Positions 38,226 through 51,666 of a stretch of DNA of 64,000 bases are shown here, piece after piece (position 1 is the first letter of the stretch; the number at the start of each line of letters is the position of its first letter). The notes under the pieces are model-generated. The model saw only the letters and a program-made list of their open reading frames with translations. It searched no databases and was not told where the DNA came from. Both the position numbers and the translations under genes were made by a program. The DNA lies in assembly GCA_038087875.1 (NCBI GenBank), contig CM075977.1, positions 46,004,001 to 46,068,000 of the forward strand. Reading direction: 5' to 3'. Source of the stretch: Malacoraja senta. Its lineage: Eukaryota.

Positions 38226-38948
38226 CAATATGAAAAGCAGTAATCTCAGATAGTGTTCTGCACTATTTTACCTGATCAAGCTGAAGTTGAATAAAGGTAG
38301 AGAACCCTAAACTTTAAAACTTTTTAAATACTCTACATCGCCAGAACTCAGATTGTGATCTTCATAATGAGCAAACTCAACTCTATTGGGCCAACATTAT
38401 GTGCCACCATGTGACAGAAGAGAGCTAATGGCAATTTGAAAATAGCCTTGGGCTACCTATCAATAGAAACAACTCCCATTGCGTTGGTGGAGCGAAGGAA
38501 GTTGACTGCACTGGAAATATTTTAAAAACAGAATCCAACAACATGAGTATCTGCAAATCTCTATCGTATTTTGGGGGGGCATGTGTGTTGACAGTAGGTG
38601 TGCATTGTCAATGGCCTATTCATTACCAAACTAAAATTAGTCATGCATGTGGGCGCGCTGATTATTCTCCATCAAGTAAATGAGTATTTGTGCACCTCTT
38701 GGATAGGACTTGAAACTAAAGAATGTGCACCAATATTCTCAAGCTGTTTCTGAACAAACAAGGGGATTGGGGGGCTCAAGGCTCATGGGAACCCAACGTC
38801 TGTGTAAAGATTCAGTACCTTCTGTACAAAGCCCGAGGACTCCATGAAATCCAGTGCCAGAAGCAGTTGAAGAACAAAAGAACAACCAAGAAATTTAGAA
38901 CTTCTCAATCTGAGGAGGAATTCTGGATTTGGTAGATATGGTAGGACC

Positions 38949-39195
38949 TTAGTTTCATTTTAGTTTTAGTGAGACAGCATGGAAACAGGCCCTTTGTCTC
39001 ATGGAATCCGCGCCGACTAGTGAGATCCATATGCTAGTGCTGTCCTACACAGTAGGGACAATTTACAAAATCGAATTAACCTACAAATCTGCACGTCTTT
39101 GGAATGTGGGAAGCGCAGTTTTATGATTAGACAGCAGGATCGAACCTGTATCTCTGGCGCTGTAAGGCAGCAACTCTACCGCTGCGCTACTATGC
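38949..39195 (-). mobile_element. HE1-like V-SINE (internally deleted)
   Basis: Shares head and tail with 13014-13328. Confidence 0.8.
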
Positions 39196-39404
39196 AGCTC
39201 TGCATGGGGAAATGTCAATAGTTTGACAGGGAATGCCAGGATTTCCCAGCAGGAACTGGTCCCATGATCCATTACTCTCTGGCACTGATGTTATTGAAAT
39301 TCAAAGCTGTATTTTAATTTAATGAGGGACGAATGTACTCTTTTAAAAACTAATCATATATAGTTAATTGAAAAGAATTAAGTAGAATTTCTATAGTGCC
39401 GTCA

Positions 39405-39650
39405 CAAAGCACTTCACAGCCAATGACATATTTTATCAACTGCAGTCACTGCAATAATACATTAAAATTGCCACAGCGAGGCCCCAGAAACAGCGATGTG
39501 AAAATGACATGGTAACTCGTTTTTTAAAAGTGAAGGGGTAAAATTGGTAAGGAGATCATGGATAACTCCCTTTCTCTTCTGTGAAATATTGACAAGATGC
39601 CTTTTTATGATTAATGTGAAGGTGGATGGAAAAATTAACTTGTCATGTAC
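39405..39650 (-). mobile_element. Ancient Deu-domain SINE relic (related relics at 40105-40292 and 59228-59400)
   Basis: AAAGCACTTCACAGCCAATGA..AAACAGCGATGTGAAAATGAC..GGATAACTCCC resembles the recalled reverse complement of the SacSINE1/AmnSINE1 Deu domain. Highly diverged. Confidence 0.6.
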
Positions 39651-42600
39651 GTTAAAATCCCCTTCTTTAGAATTTAGTCTGTTAACTCATTGACAAGAGC
39701 ATAAATGTCTCTTAAGTTTATGTGCTTAAAAAAATACACATCTCTTTTATCCTGCAGCATATTTCCAATACCTTTTGTTTCTTTATTTGCTGTTGCTTGT
39801 TATATTTTCTCTCAAGGGCATCATAGATTCCTGTAATCATATCAGCCCACAGTATTCCATTCAAGGGTTTCCATAGACAGATACATTTGGGAAACCTTAA
39901 GGCATTTTTGTCCACCATTTGAACTTCAGAATTGGATTACTCTTAAAATTCACTTAACCATATCTTTTGGAATGTATAATATCCACTAGATAATGCATTT
40001 TCATTTAAAATTGCCTCTCTTGCCTTTGGGGCCCAATATTTCATCTTCATGGCTGGACATAAAATCCAATTTCTACCCAATGGTGACATGATGAATGAAA
40101 AAGAAACATGTATTTATGGAGCAACTACAACCTTAGGACAGCCCGTGGTATTTTACAGCTAGCTTTGTAATATACTTTAAATGTTGCAGTGTAAGGAATG
40201 TAGCAGCCAAATACCCCAAACTTTCCAATATGAAGTATGGACATTTACCAGGATATCGGAAAAACTCCACAAAGTATTTTCATAATAGCACCGGAGGAGT
40301 ATAAAAAAAGACACAAAGTGCTGGAGTAACTCAGCGGGTCAGGCAACATCTGTCAAGAACATGGATATGCAATGTTCCATGTTCTTCAGAACCACTGCCC
40401 GAACCAGTTACTCCAGCACTTTGTGTCTTTCTTTGGCAAACCAGCATTTGGAGTTCCTTTTGTCTGCTGGTGGTGTATTCACTGAAAAAGATGGATGTTA
40501 CATTCAGAAGTTAAACATTTTAACAATTTTTAACAATCCTTTGAACTGTGTTGGATTGTCAGTCTAGATTTTGTGCTTGTGGTGTATTTCCATGTTTGAA
40601 CATATTGCACTCCAATTGCAATAGGGTGTCATGTTATATTTATATATATCATTGCCACACTGATAGTCACTGGGCCATTCAATTTAAGATAGAATCTTGT
40701 AGGAATAATATGTGATATAGATTAAACATTGTGTTCTGTATGTGAATAAAAAGAATAACAATCAAGCCGTCCACAGTGTACAGATACACTGTGACATGAT
40801 GTTAATGTTACATGACAAGTTAATTTGTCCAACTACATTCACACTAATCATAAAAGGTCACTGGGTCCACCATTGGGTACCATTGTGTCCACCAGGAATG
40901 GGTGACTTTGGTGGATGAACATGAGTAAAAAAACAATTGCTACTTCTTGGTATAATTCCACATCATCGTTACTTTTTTAAACCTTGGAGGATAGGCCTTT
41001 GATCTCTCAGTGAGGTTGCTTGTGGAGTAAAATCCACATGTGACAAGGGAACTAGTTATAACATTAACATATTTATATTTTACACAGAATTTATCTTCCC
41101 TCCGAGTACTTTCAGATATCTTTCACAAAAAAAGATTTTCAATTATGTCTTTGAAATCTATGTCAAAATGCGTACCCTAGCTATGTTATTTATTTAAAAT
41201 AAAATGTTTTTTTGTACATTGATAGCTGTTAGCACAAAAGAAAAACACTGTACTTGTATGAAATGAAAATTAAGGGCCCACAGTTTCTCATTCCATTACT
41301 TTTAATAAAGCCATTTTGTGACCTGTGCTAACTTTAGGTCTCACTAATGGTAGCCCAGAATAATAAAGCAGAACAAAAATGGAGTTGTACAGCATTTATA
41401 GTATTTGAACTGTTCATGAATAAACTACTTGATCAAGCTGTAAAACAATTGGCATGGGATTTTACAAAAAATACATTAGCTCTGAGTAGTCTCAGATCAT
41501 TTCTAAGTGTTTGATGCCTTGCAACAATTGAGCCACTGTGAATTGATGGTAAATTGACTCCACATGGTGACTGGATATTTATAATTTTAATTTCACCAAA
41601 GGCCTCATTGAGGAGTTCATTATACTACTGGCAGGTAGACGCAATCTAATTTATGTTCAATTGTGCTCAGGTTTCTAGACATTGAGCTGAGACTAACAGT
41701 CAGCTCTAGATTAATTATGATTGATTAAACTTGGTCATTTCTGCTAAAGATCAACTGACCTGATAATCTTCCAAAACATCAGCTTAAGTTATTAACAATG
41801 ACCACTACAGTTTTGTAAAATAGTTATGCAATTAGGTTGTTTCTGAGTGATGAAGGGACTTAAATGTTTATATTTTGATGTTACTTTTAGTTCGTTAAAT
41901 ATGGGTTGCATGCACAAATGCTCAACAAGATGTTGCAAATGTTCATGCAATTGGCCAAAGATTTATTTTAAAAACACCACTGTGGTACTTTACTCTGAGA
42001 ACCATGTGTTAAAGTGAAGCTTGTGCTGATACTGATGAGAATGCACCCAGCTGAAAGCAGGTATTAGGAATTTGCTGATAACCTATCTGAGAAGGACATC
42101 ATTCCTTTAAGACACACATTCCCATGGCAGCCAAACACTTGCAACATTCTGTGGTTGCCATGGAAGAGAACGATTTAGATGCCTAGAAATTAGATTCAGC
42201 AGAAAGGAGAGGGTCCCCGCATTCAGTAAATTTAAACGTAACACAGTAGGAGCAATATTTTCAGGCTGTTTTTAAAGGAACATACCACTATTTAAGGATC
42301 GTTCTTCCAGCTACAAGAAGTGTTGCCATTTTATGATTTAATATTGCATTGATAGGAGGAGGGAGAGTGAGGGCTTCAAAGAGGATAGAGGAACCAGAAC
42401 AGGCTGATAAAGTTCAATGGCTGCAAGCGGATCGACGGTGGTGTTACAAAAACACAACCATTTATAAAAAATATTCAATATAACTCGGGAGCTCACTTGT
42501 AGTCTCCAAGAAAAACAGAGGCAATTTTGAAGAAGGATTCAGGTTGATGTTATTCTTCTTTAATAAAATGCCCTGGAATAAAATCTCCTTCAATAAAATA

Positions 42601-45600
42601 CAGCCCTTTCAAGAAATGTATGCTATAATAATAATTTCCAGAATCAATGCCTATAAATTATGACTTTCTTACAGGTACATTTCTAATTTCACCAGAGATT
42701 ACACAATCGTACATTTTCCCATAAGGTCAGTGAGCTATTTTCAAAAGGCACCAACTATCACTCAGCCAGTTCCATACAAATGCAATTGATAATCCCATTT
42801 TATTTACAAATTAGATCTTCAACGAAAGCACAATACACGTAGAAATGAATCTACAGAGAAGCAGACAATGTTTCAAATTAATGACTCTTCATCAGAGGTG
42901 GAACAGTGTATTTCAAGTTGCAGTAAAGGAAAGGAGTTGAGAGAACAGAGAAATGTGATAAAGGTGTCGGGTAATATTATGTTCTGTGGGAAAATAAACA
43001 AAAGGACGTTGAAACTATGAGATGTAACTATGGAAAAAAGAAAAACAGTTGATATTATCTGAACATACCTAACCAGAAATGACCAGTTCTGACACAAATA
43101 GGAAAAACTGGCAAAAAAAAGCACAAAAAATGTGCTGAAAGAACTAAGCAGGCTAAGCCCCTAGCATCTGTGGAGGAAAGGTTCCAACCCAAAATGCTGC
43201 CCTTCCATATCTCTTCACAGATGCTGCCTGGACTGCTAAGTTCCTCCATCACTTTATCTTTGCTCAAGATTCTGCAGTCTCCTGTGTCTCCAGAGTTGAA
43301 CTAAATGTTGAGTTTCAAGGGCTACAATGTGCCTTTATGAATAATTCTGCACTGGTGGTTGAGCTGATGAAAACCTGTAGGCCTGAAATGTTTTCTGCCT
43401 TAAGGGTGGTAGAGAAATGTCATGGCGTTGCAGGCTCTGGGCTAAATGCTGGAAAATTGGATTAGTCTAGATAGTTTATTGAAGGTCTGTAAGTTTATGG
43501 TGGACTGAAGGGCCTGTTCTGTCCTGTATGATTCCATGACTCATCTGATTACACAAACTTGAATAGTTCTAGTAGAAAATGGCCTGTCACCAAAGGAGGC
43601 AACAAGAAATGGCATCAAAATCTTCCCTGGTGAAATATATCTATATTCCAAGAAAGAGTTTAACAAATATTCACCTTTAAATTTCTGATGGAAATATAGT
43701 CATAGATATTTTCATTAGAAAAGTATGATAAAGGAATTTATACTTAAATGGTAACTTTTATATCTTTGACCCAGTATCATACCAGGAATAATAGAGCAAG
43801 GTCAATTTATCAGAGACCAACACAGAAGAGGAAAACATAAGTCTGGGAATAATTAAGCAGTGGGAAACCCATTAAAGAGTGAGACAGCAAGGGGTGATTA
43901 ATCAGCAGGAGGGGCAATATACCTCTGAGAATAATAGAACAGGGAACAATTCGACATAAAACAACATTGTAGAGAGCAATATCCTAAAGGAATTGACAAC
44001 AGAATTAGTTTTGATGTGCAGAATGTATCCATGAAATGCCAACAGCAGCACCCTTTGAATTCGTACTGGCAAAATGATGGGTTCACAAATCACTGAATCT
44101 TGAGTTAGTTGATTTCAAATATAAATGCAAATACACAAACATTGTTTTGATGTGTCAAATATTTACTTCATCTTTCACAATAACTTTATGCAAACATTTA
44201 TTTTAAAGTCTGAAATCCCTTTTCAGATGTAATCAATTTGCAATTGAATGCTGAACGAGCGAACAGCTAATGGGAAGAGGTGGCTCCAAGGACATTTACA
44301 TTCACAATAAAAGCAAGGGCCAGCGTGTGTATGCAAAAGAAAAAAGTTGAAACATTCAGAACTGTGTTTAGGCAGAACCTACAAATAAATATTTCTCTTC
44401 AGCTTTCTTCTGAGATTCCCACTATTACAAAAGCCATTTTCCAGCAAATTTCAAAAACAAAATCCAAAGCTTAATCACCTAGCTTAATTAAATTTCATAT
44501 TTAATGAATTTTCAAAACCTATTTTTCAACAGTTATCATAAATTGCATGAATGTTTATTTAGAGATAAAGGCTACCAAATCCCTAATGTCCAAAACGACA
44601 CAAAGTGCTGGAGTAACTCAACAGGTCAGGCAGCATCTCTGGTCAACATGGATAGGTGATGTTTCAGGTCGAGACCATTCTTCAGACTCTTCAGACTCAT
44701 CATCAATACATGCTCTCCAGAGATGCTGCCTGACTAGCTGAGGTACTCCAGTATTCTGTGCCAGTAACTGAGACCTACTAAGTTACTCCAGCACATTGTG
44801 TCCTTTTGTGAATTAACCCACATCTGCAGTTCTTTGTCTCTATCGTAAAGCCCAATAATTCCTCTCCAAGAGTGTTCAAGGAAGTGGTCCATGGAAGTGG
44901 AGATTGACATGTTATTAATTAGTTGGAGCATCAAAGGTTATGGGGAGAAGGTGGGTAAAATGGGGTTGAGGGGGTAAACTAGATCAGCCGCGATGTAATA
45001 GGAGTAGAATTAGGCCATTCGGCCCATCAAGTCTGCATCATTCAATCATGGCTGTTCTATCTTTCCCTCAACCCCATTCTCCTAGCTTCCCCCTGTAACA
45101 TTTGCCACCCATACTAATCAAGAACCTGTCAATCTCCGGTTTAAAAATACACCAAGAAGGCTTCCACAGCCATCTGTGGCAATAAATTCTGCAGATTCAC
45201 CACCCCCTGGCTAAAGAATGATCAAATGGCAGAGAGGACTCAATGGGATGAATGGTCTACTTCTGCTCTAACATCTTATGGTCTTTTCTATCTGGGCTCA
45301 GTTGCAAAGCACAAATTGTTTAAACATATTAAGCATTTTTGCAAATTGCCTTCAACTTTGAGATGTTATCGGAGATTATTCTGGCTGTGTGAGAAAACGG
45401 CAACTACTCTGTGGGATCGCTGGGGATCCTGGTAATTAGTATAGCTATTTACATCATTAGCATGTGTAATGAGGTGATTTTAAATTGATTTAAACTGACA
45501 TTCAAATTTTACACCTCCCGCATGGGTTTCTCAGGGCTCAGGCATCTTGCCAGTGAAAAGGAGGTGAGTTTGTGAAGCACCTCATGGCAGGGTGGTAAAT

Positions 45601-46109
45601 TCAGGTTGTCCAACATCAATAAACCCTCAACACCAGCATCTGCTTTGTCCATTGAATATTTTGCCATGAATTCTTATGAGCGGAGACATTTCTGTGACTT
45701 TCAGCAACTTTCAAATGGATACCGGCAGGATGAATACATCAAACGTGGAAATCAGTCATCAACAGTGTCACACTGTGGTGGAGATGCAGGCACAGAGAGA
45801 GAGTTGTGCTACAGAGATAAGGAGGAAAGACTGAAATTGAGAGGAAAAAAAAGTGCTGAAGAAGGGTCTCAACCCTAAGTGTCACCTATCCATGTTCTCC
45901 AGAGATGCTGCCTGACTTGTTAAGTTACTCCAGCACTTTGTATCCTAAAGTGCAAGAGGAACTCAGTGGGTCAGGCAACATCTGTGGAGGGATGTCTTCA
46001 GTCAGGACCTATTTGGAGATTAGATAGTTATAGCATGGAGTTTAAGAGGGAACTGCAGATGCTGGAAAATCAAAGGTAGACAAAAGTGCTGGAAAAACTC
46101 AGCAGGTGT

Positions 46110-46137
46110 CTGAAGAAGGGTTTCGGCCCGAAACGTT
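46110..46137 (+). ncRNA. Minimal hammerhead-ribozyme-like core within a palindromic repeat
   Basis: CTGAAGA-A-GGGT-TTCG-GCCC-GAAA-CGTT gives the CUGANGA box, stem II, GAAA box and palindromic ACGT. Stem I is weak. Confidence 0.5.
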
Positions 46138-46202
46138 GCCTATTTCCTTCGCTCCATAGATGCTGCTGCACTCGCTGAGTTTTTCCAGCACTTTTGTCTA
46201 CC

Positions 46203-46440
46203 TTAGTTATAGCATGGAAACAGGCTCTTCTGCCCATCGCGGACCATTGAGCACTCTTCACACTAGTTCTATATTATTCCACCTTCTCACCCACTCCTTA
46301 CACATGAGTGGTAATTTACAGAGACAAATTTGCCTGCAAATCTAGACATCTTTGGGATGTGGGAGGAAATTAAAGAACCCAGAGAACCCACAAGGTCACA
46401 AGGCAAAACTCCACATTGACAGCACCCGAGGTCACGATCC
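46203..46440 (-). mobile_element. Degenerate HE1-like V-SINE
   Basis: AGCATGGAAACAGGC..TCTTTGGGATGTGGGAGGAAA..GACAGCACCCGAGGTC. Confidence 0.7.
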
Positions 46441-47780
46441 CTAAATCTGTGATGTTCGCTTAGTTCATTCTTCGCTTTGTTTATTGCTCAAGATTTCACC
46501 ATCTGCATCACTTGTGTCTCCATGAAAAGGAGAGAAGCTGAGGGGTTGGGGTACAAGAAGAATTATTCACATGATGCTGTTCACAGAATACCTGATGGAA
46601 GGTTATAGACCTGAAACTAACTTCACTTCCCTCTCTAACTGTATATGAAGCTCAATGCTTAGAACTCGCCATGTGAACCTGCATGAAAGAGGTTGCAGGC
46701 TCTTTGAAAAAAAAAAAACAGCTCACTCCTGAAGACGTTTTCCTTTGTTTTTTAATCCATTTCATCAAACTCACCAGGGGTCTCGCAGATGGAGTTTGTA
46801 CATGCAGGTAAATGTATACAGAATTCATATTGCCAAAACTGTCCTCCAATGAATTGGAGGTGGGACAGGGCATACATGTAAACCAATTTATAATGCAGCA
46901 AACAGAATGAAAACAGCCTGTTCTAAGAAGCGAGGGAACAAACCATCGCATCCACTCTAAATATATGGATATTTTACCAGCAAAATGCAATATGATTAAA
47001 ATTACTATAGAAGCAACCAGATGTAGAAGCCTTGGGTGGGTTGTTACTGAAGGAGTCAAGTTATCCTCTTTACACCACAGCCTGAATGTGCAGGTCTCTG
47101 TATTTAGTATCTGAAGAAGGGTCTCGAACCAAAACGTCACCCATTACTTCTCTCTAGAGATGCTGCCTGCCTGAGTTACTCTAGCATTTTGTGTCTATCT
47201 TCGGTCTAAACTAGCATCTGCAGTTCCTTCCAACACACTCTGTATTTATTTGTTTGGTTGACTTCCAACAGGTACAGATACCAAGAATAAAACAATTTAG
47301 AATATATATTAATGATTTAGATGAAGGGATTACAAGTAAAGGGGCTGTCCCACTGCGGTGACATAATTGCCGAGTTTAGGAGAGTTTGCCTTGACTCATA
47401 CTCGCAGCATGGTCGACACGAGGTCCCAGGAGGACTTTGTAACTCTCCTTCATGCTCGAGAGTAGTCCCCGCATACTCAAGGCCTCAGCTGGGTCGCGGC
47501 GTATTTTTCAACATGCTAAAAAATGCCCGCAAGTAAAAAAAGTTTGCCATGGAAAAAAATACTCTAAGGTATAGTCGAAATAGGTCATAGTAGGTCGGCA
47601 TGTTATTTCGTAGGCAATCGAGGGTAATCGAAGGAAGTCGTAGAGAGTCTTCAACATAGTCTTCAACAAGGGAGGTCGAAGGAGGTCGTCTTCACTCTCC
47701 ACTATTCATAGAAACATAGAAAATAGGTGCAGGAGGAGGCCATTCAGCCATTCATTGTGATCATGGCTGATCATCCCCTA

Positions 47781-50700
47781 TCAATAACCCGTGCCTGCCT
47801 TCTCCCCATATCCCTTGACTCCACCAGTCCCTAGAGCTCTATCTAACTCTCTCTTAAATCCATCCAGTGATTTGGCTTCCACTGCCCTCTGTGGCAGGGA
47901 ATTCCATAAATTCATAACTCTCTGGGTGAAAATGTTTTTTCTCACCTCAGTCTTAAATGACCTCCCCTTTATTCTAAAACTGTGGCCCCTGGTTCTAGAC
48001 TCGCCCAACATTGGGAACATTTTTCCTGCATCTAGCTTGTCCAGTCCTTTTATAATTTTATATGTTTCCATAAGATGCCCCCTCATCCTTCTAAACTCCA
48101 GTGAATACAAGCCTAGTCTTTTCAATCTTTCCTCATATGACAGTCCCGCCATCCCAGGGATCAATCTCGTGAACCTACGATGTCCTTCCTCAAATTAGGA
48201 GACCAAAACTGTACACAATACTCCAGATGTGGTCTCACCAGAGCCCTATACAATTGCAGAAGAACCTCTTTACTCCTATACTGAAATCCTCTTGTTATGA
48301 AGGCCAACATTCCATTAGCTTTCTTCACTGCCTGCTGTACCTGCATGCCAGCTTTCAGTGACCGGTGTACAAGGACACCCAGGTGTCGCTGCACCTCCCC
48401 CTTACCTAACCTAACCCCATTGAGATAATAATCTGCCCCCTTGTTTTTGCCGCCAAAGTGGATAACCTCACATTTATCTATATTATACTGCATCTGCCAC
48501 GCATCTGCCCACTCACTTAACCGGTCCAGGTCACCCTGCAACCTCCTAACATCCTCTTCACAGTTCACACTGCCACCCAGCTTTGTGTCATCCGCAAACA
48601 TGCTAGTGTTGCTCCTAATTCCCTCTTCCAAATCATTAATATATATGGTAAACAGTTGTGGCCCCAACACCGAGCCTTGCGGCACTCCACTCGCCACTGC
48701 CTGCCATTCTGAAAAGCACCCGTTCACACCTACTCTTTGCTTCCGGTCAGCCAACCAATTTTCTATCCATGTCAACACCCTACCCCCAATACCATGTGCT
48801 CTAATTTTAGTCACCAGTCTCCCGTGCAGGACCTTATAAAAGGCTTTCTGAAAGTCTAGATACACTGCATTCACTGGCACCCCTTCATCCATTTCACTTG
48901 TCACATCCTGAAAAAATTCCAGAAGATTAGTCAAGCATGATTTCCCTTTCATAAATCCATGTTGACTTGGACTAATCCTTTTGCTACTAACCAAATGCCC
49001 CATTATTACCTCTTTAATAATTGACTCCAGCATCTTTCCCACCACCGAAGTTAGGCTAACTGGTCTATAATTCCCCGTTTTCTCTCTCGCTCCTTTCTTG
49101 AAAAGTGGGATAACATTAGCTATCCTCCAATCCACAGGAACTGATCCTGAATCTATTGAACATTGGAAAATGATCACCAATGCGTCCACTATTTCTAGAG
49201 CCACCTCCCTGAGGACCCCGGGATGCAGACCATCAGGCCCAGGGGATTTATCAGCCTTCAGTCCCATTAGCCTACCCAATACTATTTCTCGCCTAATGAA
49301 AATTTCTTTCAGTTCCTCTACCCCCTTAGATCCTCTGTCCTCCAGTACATCTGGGATATTGTTTGTGTCTTCCTTATTGAAGACAGATCCGAAGTACCGA
49401 TTCAACTCTTCTGCCATTTCCTTGTTGCCCATAATAATTTCACCCGTGTCTGCCTTCAAGGGACCCACATTTGACTTTGCTACTCTTTTTCCTTTAACAT
49501 ATCTAAAGAAGCTTTTACTGTCCTTTTTTTATATTCCTGGCCAGCTTCTCCTCGTACTTCATCTTTTCAGCCCGTATTGCCCGTTTTGTTTCCTTCTGTT
49601 GTCCTATGAAAGTTTCCCAATCCTCTGGCTTCCGGCTACTCTTTGCTGTGTTATACATCTTTTCTTTTAGTTTTATTCTATCCCTAACTTCTCTTGTCAG
49701 CCACGGTTGCCTCCTACTCCCCTTAGAATCTTTCTTCCTTTTTGGAATAAAATGATCCTGCGTCTCCCGGATTATGCCCAGAAATTCCTGCCATTGCTGT
49801 TCCAACGTCATTCCTGCTAGGATCCCTTTCCAGTCTACTTTGGCCAGCTCCCGTCTCATGCCTTCAAAGTCCCCTTTGTTCAACTGCATCACTTCCACTT
49901 CCGATTTAACGTTCTCCTTCTCAAATTGCAGATTAAAACTAATCATGTTATGATCACTACCTCCAAGCGGTTCCTTTACCTCAAGTTCTCTTATCATATC
50001 TGGTTCATTGGACAACACTAAATCCAGAATTGCCTTTTCTCTGGTCGGCTCCATTACAAGCTGCTCTAAGAATCCATCTCGGAGGCATTCTACAAACTCT
50101 CTTTCTTGGGGTCCTGAAGCAACCTGATTTTCCCAATCTACCTGCATATTGAAATCCCCCATCACCACAGTGGCATTACCTTTGTTACAAGCCAGTTTTA
50201 ACTCCTGCTGCAACTTACACCCTACATCCGGGCTACTATTTGGGGGTCTGTAAATAACACCAATTAGTGTCTTCTTGCCTTTACAATTCCTCAACTCAAT
50301 CCACAGTGACTCTACCTCGTCAGTCCCTATGTCTTCCCTCGCAAGGGACTGAATTCCATCCCTCACAAGAAGAGCGACACCCCCTCCTCTGCCCACCTGC
50401 CTGTCCTTTCTATAGGATGTATAACCCTGAATATTAAGTTCCCAGGCCCGATCCTCCTGCAGCCACGTCTCAGTAATCCCCACAATGTCAAATCTACCAA
50501 CCTCTAACTGAACCTCAAGCTCATCTACTTTACTTCTTATACTTCGCGCATTCATATACAATACTTTTAATTCCTTAAGCATTTCACCTTTCACATCGAT
50601 CCCTATTACACTTGGCCATACTCTCCTATCTCTTTGTGAGCTTCCTTTCCCATTAATTCTGGGGTCATTAACCATCCCTTTACTCTCTTTCCCTTTAACT

Positions 50701-50801
50701 CCATCCTCGACTATCCCATTTGACACCCCTCCCCCCTTATTCAATTTAAAACCATCCGTGTAGCAGTGGCAAATCTGCCTGCCAGAATGCTGGTCCCCCA
50801 C
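47781..50801 (-). pseudogene. CR1 ORF2 (endonuclease plus RT), frameshift near 49515 and small deletion near 48180
   Basis: YMNARSI, GITETW, MGDFN, GSDH, NYRPVSLTS, QHGF, YLDFQKAF, GVPQGSVLGP, FADDTK. Confidence 0.93.
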
Positions 50802-51666
50802 CTGTTAAGATGCAATCCGTCCCTTTTGTACAGTTCCCCCTTACTCCAAAACAGATCCCAGTGATCTAAGAATCTAAATCCCTGCCCCCTGCACCAGTTC
50901 CTCAGCCACACATTCAGGTCCCGTATCTCCCTGTTCCTGCTCTCGCCAGCACGAGGAACTGGAAGCAAACCGGAGATAACAACCCTGGAGGTCCTGCTTG
51001 TCAGCATTTTTCCGAGCTCTCTAAAGTCACGCTGCAGAATATTCATCCCCTTCTTTCCGACATCGTTTGTGCCGACATGCACTACCACTTCTGACTGTTC
51101 ACCTTCGCCCTTAAGGATTTTCTGCACTCTGTCCGTGACATCCTGGATCCTGGCACCAGGAAGGCAGCACACCATCCTCGAATCCCGTCGTTACCGCAGA
51201 TACCCCTGTCCGTACCTCTCACAATGGAGTCCCCAACTACAATGGCATTGCCTGATGTTGGCCTCTTTGGTCTTGGCTCAACAGCCCTTTTTGCTTCGCA
51301 AGCCAGTCCGCCGCTCAGTGCCTTAACGTCTTCTGTCCACACAGTTTCTAAGTTGGTGAACCTGTTCACAAGAGGTACAACACCCGGGGACGTTTGCATT
51401 CCATGTTTCCCTCCCTTTCTCACCGTCACCCACCTTCTCTCTTCCAGTACCTTAGGTGTAACAATCTTACTGTAGGACTTGTCGAGGAACGACTCAGTTT
51501 CTCGGACGAACCTGAGGTCATCCACTTGCTTCTCCAGTTCCCCAACACGGTCCTTCAGGAGCTGTACCTGGATGCACTTCTCACATTTGTAGTAGCCGGA
51601 TGCACCAGCAGTGTCCTTGACCTCCCACATACTGCAAGCATCACACTGAATCAGCTTGCCTGACAT
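50741..51666 (-). pseudogene. CR1 ORF1: zinc finger/leucine zipper plus SGNH esterase, frameshift near 51190
   Basis: CDAC...CEKC followed by a heptad repeat. SGNH blocks IVVGDS, LPGA, HVGTND, DGLHL. Confidence 0.9.
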
